This document shows, piece by piece, positions 1 through 11,498 of a DNA stretch of 64,000 nt (the stretch's first letter is position 1; each line of letters opens with the position of its first letter). The notes beneath the pieces were generated by a model. It did not search any database. It saw only the letters and a list, made by a program, of their open reading frames with translations, and was not told where the DNA came from. This DNA comes from Candidatus Tayloriibacteriota bacterium (GTDB lineage Bacteria; Patescibacteriota; Minisyncoccia; Phycocordibacterales; UBA6065), in assembly GCA_016215405.1 (NCBI GenBank), contig JACRJQ010000007.1:143-64142 (forward strand), written 5' to 3'. Made by a program: the position numbers and the translations under genes.

Positions 1-549
1 TGGTTTGGCGATGCGGCTGCCTCAAATATTCTTCATCCTGATGCGATGACGCTCGCCACCTCAACACCCGATGGGAAACCTTCGGCAAGAGTCGTGCTCC
101 TGAAGGAAGTTAATGAGCAGGGATTTTTCTTCTACACGAACTACGAGAGCAGAAAGGGGAAAGATCTGGAGCGTAACCCATATGCGGCATTGGTCTTCTA
201 CTGGGCGGAATTTGAGCGACAGGTGCGCATTGAGGGAACAGTCATTCGCACGACTCCGGAAGAATCGAACCAGTACTTCCAGACACGGCCGCGCGATAGC
301 CAGATCGGCGCGCTGGCGTCACCACAGAGCGACGTCGTGACGGATCGCGCAGAACTTGAGCGGCGGGTGATGGAGATCGAGCGGAAATATCATAATCTCA
401 CAATCCCGCTGCCGCCGAATTGGGGAGGCTTCCGCGTGAAGCCTGAACGGATAGAATTTTGGAAAGGAAGACCAAGCAGACTTCACGACCGCCTTCTCTA
501 CGAACGTCAGCCTGACGGACGCTGGATCATCAAACGCCTTGCACCGTAA
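1..549 (+). CDS. pdxH: pyridoxamine 5-phosphate oxidase, 5-prime end outside the window
   Basis: The reading frame is open from nt 1 with no stop before the ATG at 46. The product has the PNPOx C-terminal pattern (…FYTNYESRKG…FWKGRPSRLHDR…). Confidence 0.85.
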   Translation, partial: WFGDAAASNILHPDAMTLATSTPDGKPSARVVLLKEVNEQGFFFYTNYESRKGKDLERNPYAALVFYWAEFERQVRIEGTVIRTTPEESNQYFQTRPRDSQIGALASPQSDVVTDRAELERRVMEIERKYHNLTIPLPPNWGGFRVKPERIEFWKGRPSRLHDRLLYERQPDGRWIIKRLAP

Positions 550-600
550 GGCTTATCCGCGGTTTGAAATGTTTTTCACCGCGGAGACGCAGAGGAAATC

Positions 601-798
601 TTACTTCACCAGCATCTCACGCTCTTTCAGCGCTTTCGCAATCCTCTTCAACGCCTCTTCGATGTTCGGGATTGAGTTCGCGTACGAGAACCGCAAGTAT
701 CCTTCACCGTACCGACCGAAGGCTGTCCCGGAGAGACTTAGGCCGAAGCGGCGCTCGGGTAAGCGAGCGCCGCTACAAAGAATCCCAGAACCGCTGTT
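601..798 (-). pseudogene. C-terminal remnant of a class I/II aminotransferase with no start codon
   Basis: Manual minus-strand translation gives …LSGTAFGRYGEGYLRFSYANSIPNIEEALKRIAKALKEREMLVK*. This is the typical aminotransferase C-terminus. There is no ATG upstream and it is too short for a full gene before the LemA gene. Confidence 0.45.
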
Positions 799-882
799 TT
801 ATTGGTCTTCATCTTTTATCTTGACGCCGCCCGAGACGGCCCGCAAGGGGGGGGCGGATGCGCGCTCTAAATGCGAACCGGC

Positions 883-1443
883 CTAGAATTCTACCTTCGG
901 AGCCTCCGCCGCCTGGTCTACCGACTGGAAGTACTCCTTGGCGTCGAACCCGAACGTCGATGCGACGAGCTTCGATGGGAATCTAGAGACCTTAAGGTTA
1001 TAAGACCTCACCTCGTCGTTGAACCTGCCGCGCTCGGTCGCGATGCGATTCTCGGTGCCCTCTATCTGAGCCTGGAGAGCCTGGACGTTCTGAGCGGACT
1101 GCAGCTGCGGATAGTTCTCCATGACGACGAGAAGCCTCGCAAGGCCTGTCTCGAGGTCGGACGCGGCGCGGACCTTCTCGTCCGTGCTGCCGGCGCCCGC
1201 ATATCTGGTCCTCGCGTCCGCGATCATGCCGAAGACCTCCTGCTCCTGCGCCATGATGCCTTTTACGGCCTCTACGAGGTTAGGGATGAGGTCGAAGCGC
1301 CTCTGATATTGGGTCTCCACCTGGGCCCACTGGGCGTCGACGGAGGTGTTCGCCGTCACGAGACCGTTGTAGGTAAGGCCGACGTATCCGAGCACGATAA
1401 CGACTACCGCGATGATGATTATGGTTGATTTCTTCATAGGCAT
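883..1443 (-). CDS. LemA family protein with an N-terminal TM anchor
   Basis: An N-terminal TM helix is followed by the LemA-like …RRFDLIPNLVEAVKG…MENYPQL… sequence. Confidence 0.8.
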   Translation of the reverse strand: MPMKKSTIIIIAVVVIVLGYVGLTYNGLVTANTSVDAQWAQVETQYQRRFDLIPNLVEAVKGIMAQEQEVFGMIADARTRYAGAGSTDEKVRAASDLETGLARLLVVMENYPQLQSAQNVQALQAQIEGTENRIATERGRFNDEVRSYNLKVSRFPSKLVASTFGFDAKEYFQSVDQAAEAPKVEF

Positions 1444-1453
1444 TAATTATCTC

Positions 1454-2092
1454 CTAAATGGAGCGGAATACAAGAAGGGACAGCAGCGCGAAGACGACCG
1501 CGAGATAGAGGGTGTAGGTCGCGGCGACGAGGAGCGCGGGGATGCCGAAAAGGATATGGAAAAGAAGGAATATGATACCTACGCATTGCAGTATCATCTT
1601 GGTCTTCCCCATCGTCTTGGCCGGCACTACCCGGCCCTTATACCTATGATACGCGGACGCAACGAGGAGGATCTCGAGGATGATGATGGCCAGGGCGAGC
1701 TCGAGGCTTATATACTTCGTTATGACTATCGTCGCTACGGTGCCGATAAGGAGCTTGTCCGCGATCGGGTCGTAAAGCGTGCCCCAAGTGCTTATCTTGT
1801 GCCCCGTCCTCGCTAAGGCGCCGTCGAGGGCGTCGGAGAAGGCCGAAAAGAGGAAAAGTATCGTGCCTATGAGGTAGTAGTCGAGGGCGAGGAGAAGCGC
1901 GATGAAGGGTATAGAGAGGAGTCGGAACTTCGTTATCTGGTTCGGCGTGACGTGCGCGGGCAAAAGGGGCAGGAACGCCTTTTTAAGGAAGCGGTCGATG
2001 GGCGTTACGCGCGTAAGGTACGTCACCTTCGCCTCCGGCACGTCGAGGAACCGGTCGAGGAACGTCAGTATTGGATTTTGGGAGCCGTTCAT
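1454..2092 (-). CDS. CDP-alcohol phosphatidyltransferase (PgsA-like)
   Basis: It has the DALDGALAR…G…D…D motif and is a multi-TM protein. Confidence 0.8.
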   Translation of the reverse strand: MNGSQNPILTFLDRFLDVPEAKVTYLTRVTPIDRFLKKAFLPLLPAHVTPNQITKFRLLSIPFIALLLALDYYLIGTILFLFSAFSDALDGALARTGHKISTWGTLYDPIADKLLIGTVATIVITKYISLELALAIIILEILLVASAYHRYKGRVVPAKTMGKTKMILQCVGIIFLLFHILFGIPALLVAATYTLYLAVVFALLSLLVFRSI

Positions 2093-2200
2093 ATGAGAGA
2101 GCGCCTGAAGCCCTGGCAGGGCGCGCTAGGATTAAAATTCTAACAAACAATGAAGCCCCGCGCTATGAACGGGGGCTTCGCAACATGAGAGGCTTTCGGT

Positions 2201-2554
2201 TCACGTTCTCGGGCCTCTTTTCCCGAGGATGACGTCGTAATCGACGCCCGTGATGCGGAAATCTGTCGTTTTGAACGTCTTCCAGGCGAGCCATGCGGCG
2301 GCCGAGAAAACGGCAAGGGTCTCGAGGATGCAGATCCACCAGGCGTGGTTCGAAGCGATCCGAACCGTATACATCCCTGCCGCGGCGATGAGGCCGAGGA
2401 CGAGGACCGCCCAGAGCCCGACGAGCGTGAACGAGGAGGCGTTCTTGCAGTCGGGGGTATGGATCATGTAGCCGATCTCGCCGAAAATGGCGAAGGCGAC
2501 CGCGACGAGACAGATGAGCGTGCAGATTCCGCCGACGATGAGCGCTGTGATCAT
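2201..2554 (-). CDS. hypothetical small membrane protein
   Basis: The ORF has host-like codon usage and three hydrophobic segments. Confidence 0.45.
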   Translation of the reverse strand: MITALIVGGICTLICLVAVAFAIFGEIGYMIHTPDCKNASSFTLVGLWAVLVLGLIAAAGMYTVRIASNHAWWICILETLAVFSAAAWLAWKTFKTTDFRITGVDYDVILGKRGPRT

Positions 2555-2633
2555 GAGTGCGGGAGCTTTGGGGTTTCAGTGCGGGGTTTAATGAGTTATA
2601 TCAGACTTGACATGTGAACGCAAGCTATGGTGT

Positions 2634-2666
2634 GGAAAACAAAAGCCCGCTGTTTCAAGCGGGCTC
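2634..2666 (-). terminator. intrinsic terminator on the minus strand downstream of groESL and the small ORF
   Basis: The hairpin gcccgcttgaaacagcgggc is followed by UUUUGUUUU on the minus strand. Confidence 0.55.
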
Positions 2667-2686
2667 GCGGGAAAGGTCGGGGCGGC

Positions 2687-2908
2687 TTACGTATGAGCGG
2701 GCTCGGGCTCCCACAGGGGGAAATCGGCCCTTTTCGAGAAAAGCCCTCCCAGATCGACGAAGCCCTTGATCTCCCAGAGATAGCCGTTCGCATCGAAGGC
2801 CAGAGTCTCATCCATGAGGTGGATGAAACTGAGCGCGAATCCAGGCTTTCTCGGGACATCGACGAGGGGGCAGGCGTCGTGGTCTATGAGGAGTTGCGTA
2901 GGGTTCAT
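2687..2908 (-). CDS. hypothetical 73-aa protein downstream of groEL
   Basis: The ORF is immediately followed by the terminator. No family was recognised. Confidence 0.3.
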   Translation of the reverse strand: MNPTQLLIDHDACPLVDVPRKPGFALSFIHLMDETLAFDANGYLWEIKGFVDLGGLFSKRADFPLWEPEPAHT

Positions 2909-3006
2909 GTGCTTCCAGATTAGTATGCTCCTCTCGGTCGTGAATGCAAGAACGCCGGCAGCACACTGCCGGCGTTCTCTTTTCTTCGCTTTCCCGAAGA
3001 TGCGCT

Positions 3007-4954
<1,948 letters not shown>

Positions 4955-5168
4955 GTCTTAAAAAAGATTTAACCGATTAATAGGCGCCCGCCGGATCCGC
5001 GAGAAAGGCTCACGAGCCGAAGCGGACGGGCCGCGATGCGGCGTGAAGCTATTATAGGAGATGGCGAGGGCGCCTCAACTTGACTATTGCCTTTAGATTA
5101 TGTAGAGTTGGATTCGAAACTCACCTTCGGGCCGCAAAGCCCGATCAACCGCAACCCTCGATCCTGTC

Positions 5169-5486
5169 ATGATGAACATTGGATTCCACCGCAACGGACT
5201 TCCCCACCGACTGCTCGTCTGCACCGACAAGGTGCTGACTCCCGATCTGGACATCCTCCGGAACCGTCTCGTCCTCCTCCCGGAAGTCGAGCGCGTCGAT
5301 CACGCCAAGAGCGCGCCGAAGCAAGTCGTCCTCGAGCTCTCCTGGGCGCCGTCCACCGACGAGCTCTCCCGCCTCAAGCCCAAGATCGTCGACGAGTTCG
5401 AGCACTTCTTCCGCGAGAAGGCCGTCGTGGTCCCCTACGACGAGATCTGCGAGGACGAATCCCTCGTCGGCACCCGGGAAGAGTAA
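5169..5486 (+). CDS. hypothetical acidic 105-aa protein
   Basis: It has host-like GC3 codon usage. A TTGACT…TAGAGT promoter-like sequence lies upstream and an intrinsic terminator downstream. Confidence 0.5.
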   Translation: MMNIGFHRNGLPHRLLVCTDKVLTPDLDILRNRLVLLPEVERVDHAKSAPKQVVLELSWAPSTDELSRLKPKIVDEFEHFFREKAVVVPYDEICEDESLVGTREE

Positions 5487-5497
5487 GCCTCTTCCCG

Positions 5498-5550
5498 CGC
5501 GAAACGCCGCCGGCCCGATACAATCGGGTCGGCGTTTTGTTTTATTTGCG
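5498..5550 (+). terminator. intrinsic terminator
   Basis: An ~11-bp GC stem (with one G·U pair) is followed by UUUUGUUUUAUUU. Confidence 0.5.
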
Positions 5551-5581
5551 CGTCCGGACGGGCCATGATAAGGTATCTGTC

Positions 5582-5815
5582 ATGAGCATGATTTCTAGCG
5601 TATTACCGTATATACAGATAGCGGTCGCTGTCCTCCTTATAGTGTCGGTCCTCCTCCAGAATTCAGGCGCCCAGAACGGCGGAGCCTTGGGAGGCGGAGA
5701 CAATATGAGCTCGGTATTCCACACGCGCCGCGGCCTCGAGAAGGTCCTCTTTACCGCCACGATCGTATTCGGCGTGCTTTTCGCTCTGACGTCATTCCTC
5801 TCGCTCGTCCGATAA
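5582..5815 (+). CDS. secG: preprotein translocase subunit SecG
   Basis: MSMISSVLPYIQIAVAVLLIVSVLLQNSG…GGALGGG… is a SecG-like TM1/Gly loop/TM2. The long upstream ORF extension is antisense and noncoding. Confidence 0.75.
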   Translation: MSMISSVLPYIQIAVAVLLIVSVLLQNSGAQNGGALGGGDNMSSVFHTRRGLEKVLFTATIVFGVLFALTSFLSLVR

Positions 5816-5861
5816 GGCGAGCCCATATCACGTAGATAACGGCTATTCGGCAGTCATATAT

Positions 5862-7631
5862 ATGCAACCAAGAACCTTTTGGCGCTATCTCGCGCAAGAG
5901 CGTAAGGCCCCAGGCATCGACAAGGCGGAATCGGTCCTCCGTTCCTTCTCTATAACGGAAAAGGCGATATTCGCGGCTCTCGCGGCGATATTCGCCGTAT
6001 CTGCTCTCCTTCTCGTGGCGAAGGTGAGCGCGAGCTTTACCGTTGGCGTCCCTGAGCGCGGAGGAGAGCTCATCGAGGGTATCGCGGGCACGCCGAGGTT
6101 CATAAACCCCCTCCTCGCGATATCGGATGCCGACCGCGACCTCACCGCCCTCGTCTACTCTGGGCTTCTCAAGGCGACCCCCGCCGGAACCTTCGTTCCC
6201 GACCTCGCAGAAGAGTTCACCGTCTCTCCTGACGGGCTCGTCTATTCTTTTACGATCAAAGAAGGCGCGAAATTCCACGACGACACGCCTGTCACCGCCG
6301 AAGACGTGAAATTCACCGTAGAGAAGGCAAAGGATTCCGCGCTTAAAAGCCCCCGCCGAGTGAACTGGGAAGGCGTCGCCGTGGAGACCGAGGGCGCCAG
6401 GAACGTGACCTTCACCCTCAAGCAGCCGTATGCTCCGTTCGTATCGAACCTGGCCATGGGCATCATGCCGAAGCACCTCTGGGAGAACCTTTCTGCGGAC
6501 CAGATGCCCTTCAGCTCCCTCAACATCGACCCTGTCGGTTCGGGCCCGTACCGCATATCGGCAGTCGAGAGGTCGCGCGACGGCATACCCCACTCCATTA
6601 CCCTCCGCGCGAACCGGGACTATGCTTTAGGCGAGCCGTATATAACCACACTCCGCTTCGCGTTCTATGGGAGCGAGAAATCCCTCGTAGAGGCGCTTTC
6701 GAATGGCTCTGTCGAGAGCGCGTCGAACCTCTCCCCCGCCTCCGCTAAGGCGATCGAGGGCAAGGCGGAGATCCTTTCCGCCCCTCTGACCCGCGTGTTC
6801 GGGATCTTCTTCAATCAGAACGAGAACGAGCTTCTCGCCCACAAGGAAGTGAGGAAAGCCCTCGCCGAATCGGTAGACAAGGCTTCGATAGTAGAGGACG
6901 TGCTCCTCGGATTCGGCACCGTGGCCGACGGACCCCTCCCTCCGACCATAGCGAAGGAGGCCGCGGCGTCTGCGGCGTCGACCTCGACCCCAGGGCTCTC
7001 GGCGTTCCTTAAGGCCGGCTGGAAAAAGAGCCCTGAGGGCGTCTACGAGCAAAAAGGAAAGGCGAAGGGCGCAGCATCGACGACCCTTTCCCTCTCCCTC
7101 GCCACGGCGAACGTGCCGGACCTCGTCGAGAGCGCGAGGGTGATCGAAGAGGATTGGAAGAGTTTCGGCGCCAAAGTCGACGTACGCGTCTTCGAGCCGT
7201 CAGATCTCAACCAAGGCGTCATCAGACCGCGCAAGTACGACGCCCTCCTCTTCGGCATCGTCATCGGCAAGAATTCAGACCTCTATCCGTTCTGGCACTC
7301 CTCCCAGCGCAACGATCCCGGCCTCAACATCGCTATGTATACGAACGCCAAGGCGGATAGATACCTCGAAAGGATGCGCCAGGCCACCTCGACCGACGCG
7401 AGACAGTCGCTCTACTCGGATTTCAAGAAAGAGGTAGATGCCGACACTCCGGCGATATTCCTCTGGAGCCCTGATTTCATATACGCGGCCCCAAAGAAGC
7501 TCCGAGGCGTAGAGCTCGGCGAGATAACTGTCTCGTCGGACAGGTTCGCCGGCATAGAGGACTGGTATATAGAATCGGACCGCGTCTGGCACGCCTTCGC
7601 CGAAGGAAGAGACAGGATCGAGGAGAAATAG
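5862..7631 (+). CDS. ABC transporter substrate-binding protein, family 5 (peptide/nickel type), orphan
   Basis: The 589-aa product has a signal anchor and an SBP_bac_5-like sequence. No permease is adjacent. Confidence 0.8.
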   Translation: MQPRTFWRYLAQERKAPGIDKAESVLRSFSITEKAIFAALAAIFAVSALLLVAKVSASFTVGVPERGGELIEGIAGTPRFINPLLAISDADRDLTALVYSGLLKATPAGTFVPDLAEEFTVSPDGLVYSFTIKEGAKFHDDTPVTAEDVKFTVEKAKDSALKSPRRVNWEGVAVETEGARNVTFTLKQPYAPFVSNLAMGIMPKHLWENLSADQMPFSSLNIDPVGSGPYRISAVERSRDGIPHSITLRANRDYALGEPYITTLRFAFYGSEKSLVEALSNGSVESASNLSPASAKAIEGKAEILSAPLTRVFGIFFNQNENELLAHKEVRKALAESVDKASIVEDVLLGFGTVADGPLPPTIAKEAAASAASTSTPGLSAFLKAGWKKSPEGVYEQKGKAKGAASTTLSLSLATANVPDLVESARVIEEDWKSFGAKVDVRVFEPSDLNQGVIRPRKYDALLFGIVIGKNSDLYPFWHSSQRNDPGLNIAMYTNAKADRYLERMRQATSTDARQSLYSDFKKEVDADTPAIFLWSPDFIYAAPKKLRGVELGEITVSSDRFAGIEDWYIESDRVWHAFAEGRDRIEEK

Positions 7632-7744
7632 CGATACCGAGGTCCGGCCGAAAGGCTCTGGGCTCTAGGAGAGAACCTCTTGCCTAGACCCTAGCGCCTA
7701 AAGCCTAGCCTCTATAAAGAAGATTAAGAAAGCTTAAAGAACAC

Positions 7745-9688
7745 ATGGAACAAGACAACAAACCGAAGACAGCAGGGATGCAGGACGCTCGACCGGGCGG
7801 CCCTCGCAGGCACGGAAGGCCGTTTCGAGGCAACAGGCCTCACGGCGCAGGACGCCCTCAAGGACCATCGTCAAGCGGCATGGGCGCAGGGCGCGGCAAA
7901 CGCATGATGCGCGGCGGCAGGAACCGCCCTCCTCGACGATTCTCGCCCTCAGGCGGCCCACAGCAGAGGCAGGCCCCGTCGAACCCCGAATACAAGAGCC
8001 AGACGCTCAACCTCCCTCCAGCCGGAGAGAACATCCGCATAATCCCTCTCGGCGGAGTCGAAGAGGTCGGAAAGAACATGACCGCGATAGAATTCCGCGA
8101 CGATATCATCGTCATCGACGCAGGCTTCCAATTCAAGGACGAAGCGACCCCAGGCATCGACTACATCCTCCCGAACACGAGGTACCTCGAGGAGAGGAAG
8201 GAGAAGATACGCGCGCTCTTCATCACCCACGGCCACCTCGACCATATCGGCGGCATCCCTTACGTGATCGACCGCATCGGCTACCCTACCGTCTACACGA
8301 GGCAGTTCGGCGCGATCATGATCCAAAAGCGCCAGGAGGAGTTCCCTCACCTCAAGCCCCTCGACGTAAAGGTCATCGCCGGAAACGAGACGATAACCTG
8401 CGGCTCGCTCAAGGTGAAGACCTTCCCCATCTCGCATACCATTCCCGACTCGATGGGCCTCGTCATCACCACCCCTTACGGAGACATCGTCTTCATCGAG
8501 GACGTGCGCGTCGACAACATAAAGGGCGTGCCGACCGAGGAGGAGGTCCGCCAGTACGAGCAGTTCAAGGGCAAAGAATACCTTCTCCTTACCATGGACT
8601 CGACTTCGATCGAGAAGCCGGGCTTCTCGCTCTCGGAATCCGTCGTCATCGAGAACATCGAGAGATTCATAAAGAACACCACGGGCAGGCTCATCATCGG
8701 CACGTTCGCGTCCCAAGTAGAGCGAATCATAGCCATAATCAAGGCGGCCGACAGGTACCACAAGAAAGTGGTCGTCGAAGGTCGCTCGATGAAGGCGAAC
8801 GTCGAGATCATAAAGCTCCTCAAGCTCGCCGAGATAACGAACATCATCCCCGTCGAGGATATCGACAAGTATCCTCCTGACAGGATCGTCATGCTCGTCA
8901 CCGGTGCGCAAGGCGAGGAGTTCGCGGCGCTCATGCGTATGGCGACGAAGCAGCACAAGCAGGTCCAGCTCAAAAAGACCGATACCGTGCTCCTCTCTTC
9001 CTCCATCATCCCCACGAACCACAGCGCGGTCGTGAAGCTCAAGGATAACCTCTACCGCTCCGAAGCGAAGGTCATCACGTATCTCGACTCCGATATCCAC
9101 GCGTCGGGCCACGGCAACCGAGACGAGCTCAAGTGGATCCACGAGCAGATAAAATATCGCTTCTTCATGCCGCTCCACGGCAACCACTACATGCTCCGCC
9201 AGCATGCCGAGATGGCAAACTCTATCGGCACGCCGAAAGAGAACATCATCGTCCCTGACAACGGCTCGATCGTAGAGATCTACGACCAGGGCAAATCGAT
9301 CCGCGTCCTCAAAGAGAAGGCCGCATCGAACCTGGTCCTCGTCGACGGGTTCGCCGTAGGAGACGTCCAGGAGGTCGTCATCCGCGACCGCCAGCTCCTC
9401 TCTCAAGACGGCATGTTCATCGTCTTCGCGATAATCGACTCGCAGACCGGCCGCTTGAGGAAGTCTCCGGACATAATCTCGAGAGGGTTCGTGTACCTCC
9501 GAGAGTCACAGGACCTCCTCCGAGACACGAGGAACATAATCAAAGACACGATCGAGAACACGGCGAACGGGATGAACCCCCTCAACATAGAGATGATAAA
9601 GGCGAACGTCACCGACGCGGTCTCGCGGCACCTCTTCCAAGAGACCGCCAAGCGCCCGGTCGTGATCCCTGTCCTCCTCACCATATAA
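7745..9688 (+). CDS. rnj: ribonuclease J with an ~85-aa Arg/Gly/Pro-rich N-terminal extension
   Basis: It has the metallo-beta-lactamase HGHLDHIGG motif, beta-CASP and the RNase J C-terminal domain. Confidence 0.9.
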   Translation: MEQDNKPKTAGMQDARPGGPRRHGRPFRGNRPHGAGRPQGPSSSGMGAGRGKRMMRGGRNRPPRRFSPSGGPQQRQAPSNPEYKSQTLNLPPAGENIRIIPLGGVEEVGKNMTAIEFRDDIIVIDAGFQFKDEATPGIDYILPNTRYLEERKEKIRALFITHGHLDHIGGIPYVIDRIGYPTVYTRQFGAIMIQKRQEEFPHLKPLDVKVIAGNETITCGSLKVKTFPISHTIPDSMGLVITTPYGDIVFIEDVRVDNIKGVPTEEEVRQYEQFKGKEYLLLTMDSTSIEKPGFSLSESVVIENIERFIKNTTGRLIIGTFASQVERIIAIIKAADRYHKKVVVEGRSMKANVEIIKLLKLAEITNIIPVEDIDKYPPDRIVMLVTGAQGEEFAALMRMATKQHKQVQLKKTDTVLLSSSIIPTNHSAVVKLKDNLYRSEAKVITYLDSDIHASGHGNRDELKWIHEQIKYRFFMPLHGNHYMLRQHAEMANSIGTPKENIIVPDNGSIVEIYDQGKSIRVLKEKAASNLVLVDGFAVGDVQEVVIRDRQLLSQDGMFIVFAIIDSQTGRLRKSPDIISRGFVYLRESQDLLRDTRNIIKDTIENTANGMNPLNIEMIKANVTDAVSRHLFQETAKRPVVIPVLLTI

Positions 9689-9690
9689 GA

Positions 9691-9725
9691 CCGAAAAGCC
9701 GTCTCTCCGAGGCGGCTTTTCTTTG
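9691..9725 (+). terminator. intrinsic terminator after rnj
   Basis: The stem gaaaagccg…cggcttttc is followed by a U-tract. Confidence 0.5.
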
Positions 9726-9771
9726 ACAAAAGACGGAAGAAGAGTAGTGTGGACTCGAACCCTCAACAGCC

Positions 9772-9933
9772 ATGAAATTATTCAGACTGTTCGGCAAAAA
9801 GGAGGAGCTCGGTCCCGAAGAAGAGCTCCGCCAGGTCGAGTTCAAGCTCCGGCACAGCTACAACGTCGACCGGGCCAAGCTCGAAACGAGAAAGATCGAG
9901 CTCGAAAAGCTCCTCCTCAAAAAGCCGAATTGA
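9772..9933 (+). CDS. hypothetical 53-aa Lys/Glu-rich protein (below the ORF-track cutoff)
   Basis: Manual translation gives MKLFRLFGKKEELGPEEELRQVEFKLRHSYNVDRAKLETRKIELEKLLLKKPN*. It uses host-type codons and is followed by a strong terminator. Confidence 0.35.
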   Translation: MKLFRLFGKKEELGPEEELRQVEFKLRHSYNVDRAKLETRKIELEKLLLKKPN

Positions 9934-9951
9934 TCGGATCCACGCCGTTAC

Positions 9952-9988
9952 GTCGCCGCGACAACCCCTGTCCGGCGATTTTTTTTCG
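9952..9988 (+). terminator. intrinsic terminator
   Basis: A tcgccg…cggcga stem is followed by a T8 run. Confidence 0.55.
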
Positions 9989-10026
9989 GCCAAAAGCCCC
10001 GTCTCCGGTCTGATATAATCTTTCCT

Positions 10027-11193
10027 ATGCCAGAAGAGATAACGCTTTCCAGGAAACGCCGGCTCATGTACGCCATCGGCTTCGTATTCAACCTGAGCTA
10101 TGCGATACCGACCTATGTGAGCTCGACGTTCCTCGCGAGCTTCGCCGGAGACAAGCTCGTGGGCATCGTCTATACCGCTTCGTCGATACTCGCCATCGCC
10201 GCCTTCATAGAGATGCCGGGGCTCTTGCGCAAGATAGGCAACTTCAGGGCGACGATGGGGCTTCTCTTCATCTCCATCCTTTCGCTCGCCGGCCTCGCGG
10301 TAAGCAAGGGCGCGCTCGCCGTCATAGCGGCCTTTATACTCAATTTCGTCTCGATCGCCCTCCTCAACTACTCCTTCGACATCTTCCTCGAGAATTTCTC
10401 GACCAACTCTAAGACCGGCAGGATCAGAGGCTCCTTCCTCACGTTCGCGAACCTCGCGTGGCTCGTCTCCCCTCTCCTCGCCTCGAGGATCTTGGGAGAC
10501 GGCCTCTACCAGAATCTCTACGCCGCCGCAGGACTGCTCCTCATACCTGTGATGGGCCTCGTATTCTTCGGCCTCGGGCCCATAAAGGAGCCCGACTACA
10601 AACGGACCCCGTTCTGGAAGTCCCTCGGCGAGATATGGCTCGACCGCGACATAAAGGGGATCCTCCTTATCCAGTTCCTCCTGCAATTCTTCTACGCCTG
10701 GATGGTGATCTACATGCCCATCTATCTGCACGAGACGATAGGCTTCGGCTGGCCCGCGATAGGGATAATATTCACGGTGATGCTCTTGCCGTTCGTGCTC
10801 ATCGAGCTCCCGCTCGGCTACCTCGCCGACAAGAAGCTCGGCGAAAAGGAGCTCCTCACGGCCGGGTTCGGGATCATGGCGGTGACGACCGCCCTTACCG
10901 CTTTCGTGACCGGTCAGAACATGTGGGTATGGGCGGCCATATTGTTCATGACGCGAGTCGGCGCCGCGACCGTCGAAGTGATGGCCGACACCTATTTTTT
11001 CAAGAAGATAGACGCGTCGAAGACGCATATCATAAGCTTCTCCCGAATGTCGCGGCCTCTCGCCTATATCATAAGCCCGGTCATCGCGACCATACTCTTC
11101 CTCGCGTTCGATATGAAGGGCCTCTTCATATTCCTCGGCTTCCTCATGCTCTACGGGCTCCGCTACACCCTCGCCCTCAAAGACACCGCCTAG
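10027..11193 (+). CDS. MFS transporter
   Basis: The 388-aa product has 12 predicted TM segments and an MFS-like layout. Confidence 0.8.
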   Translation: MPEEITLSRKRRLMYAIGFVFNLSYAIPTYVSSTFLASFAGDKLVGIVYTASSILAIAAFIEMPGLLRKIGNFRATMGLLFISILSLAGLAVSKGALAVIAAFILNFVSIALLNYSFDIFLENFSTNSKTGRIRGSFLTFANLAWLVSPLLASRILGDGLYQNLYAAAGLLLIPVMGLVFFGLGPIKEPDYKRTPFWKSLGEIWLDRDIKGILLIQFLLQFFYAWMVIYMPIYLHETIGFGWPAIGIIFTVMLLPFVLIELPLGYLADKKLGEKELLTAGFGIMAVTTALTAFVTGQNMWVWAAILFMTRVGAATVEVMADTYFFKKIDASKTHIISFSRMSRPLAYIISPVIATILFLAFDMKGLFIFLGFLMLYGLRYTLALKDTA

Positions 11194-11480
11194 ACCTCTC
11201 TCTTGTACATGCCTCCTGCGGGCTCCTTGCCCGACAGATTGTCTTTCGCCTCGAATATGCGCTCGAGGTATTTGCGCATCTTCGCCCTGTCTTCCTCGGA
11301 AAGCTCGTCGGGAGAATAGACCCTGACGAGCTTCCTTAGAAACATGCCTAAAAGCATATTGAGATAGTTCGCCTGTATGCTCTCCGTCCCAGGCGGCTCG
11401 TCCCTCAGGACCATTCCGCAAAAGAACGGCGACGCGACCCGATCCGAAACGAGATGATATCTGCTCATATCCTTGGTCAT
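11190..11480 (-). CDS. hypothetical 96-aa protein, co-transcribed downstream of the radC-like gene
   Basis: Its codon usage matches the host and it overlaps the neighbour by 4 bp. Confidence 0.45.
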   Translation of the reverse strand: MTKDMSRYHLVSDRVASPFFCGMVLRDEPPGTESIQANYLNMLLGMFLRKLVRVYSPDELSEEDRAKMRKYLERIFEAKDNLSGKEPAGGMYKREV

Positions 11481-11498
11481 TATTGTTATAGCCGGCTC

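Noticed and set aside
539-886. Plus-strand ORFs of 115 and 86 aa in the pdxH-LemA gap
   Set aside because: Their composition is biased. The minus strand here carries a recognisable aminotransferase C-terminal remnant instead.
5087-5580. N-terminal 165 codons of the 242-aa plus-strand ORF containing secG
   Set aside because: SecG is a ~77-aa protein. The upstream part overlaps the convincing 5169-5486 gene in another frame and is Pro/Arg-rich.
7949-9406. 485-aa minus-strand ORF inside rnj
   Set aside because: It is antisense to RNase J. The product is an acidic/Arg low-complexity sequence with no domain.
9778-11421. 547-aa minus-strand ORF spanning the MFS transporter gene
   Set aside because: It is antisense to a convincing 12-TM MFS gene. 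Its composition (Glu/Arg/Gly repeats) is the usual high-GC artefact.
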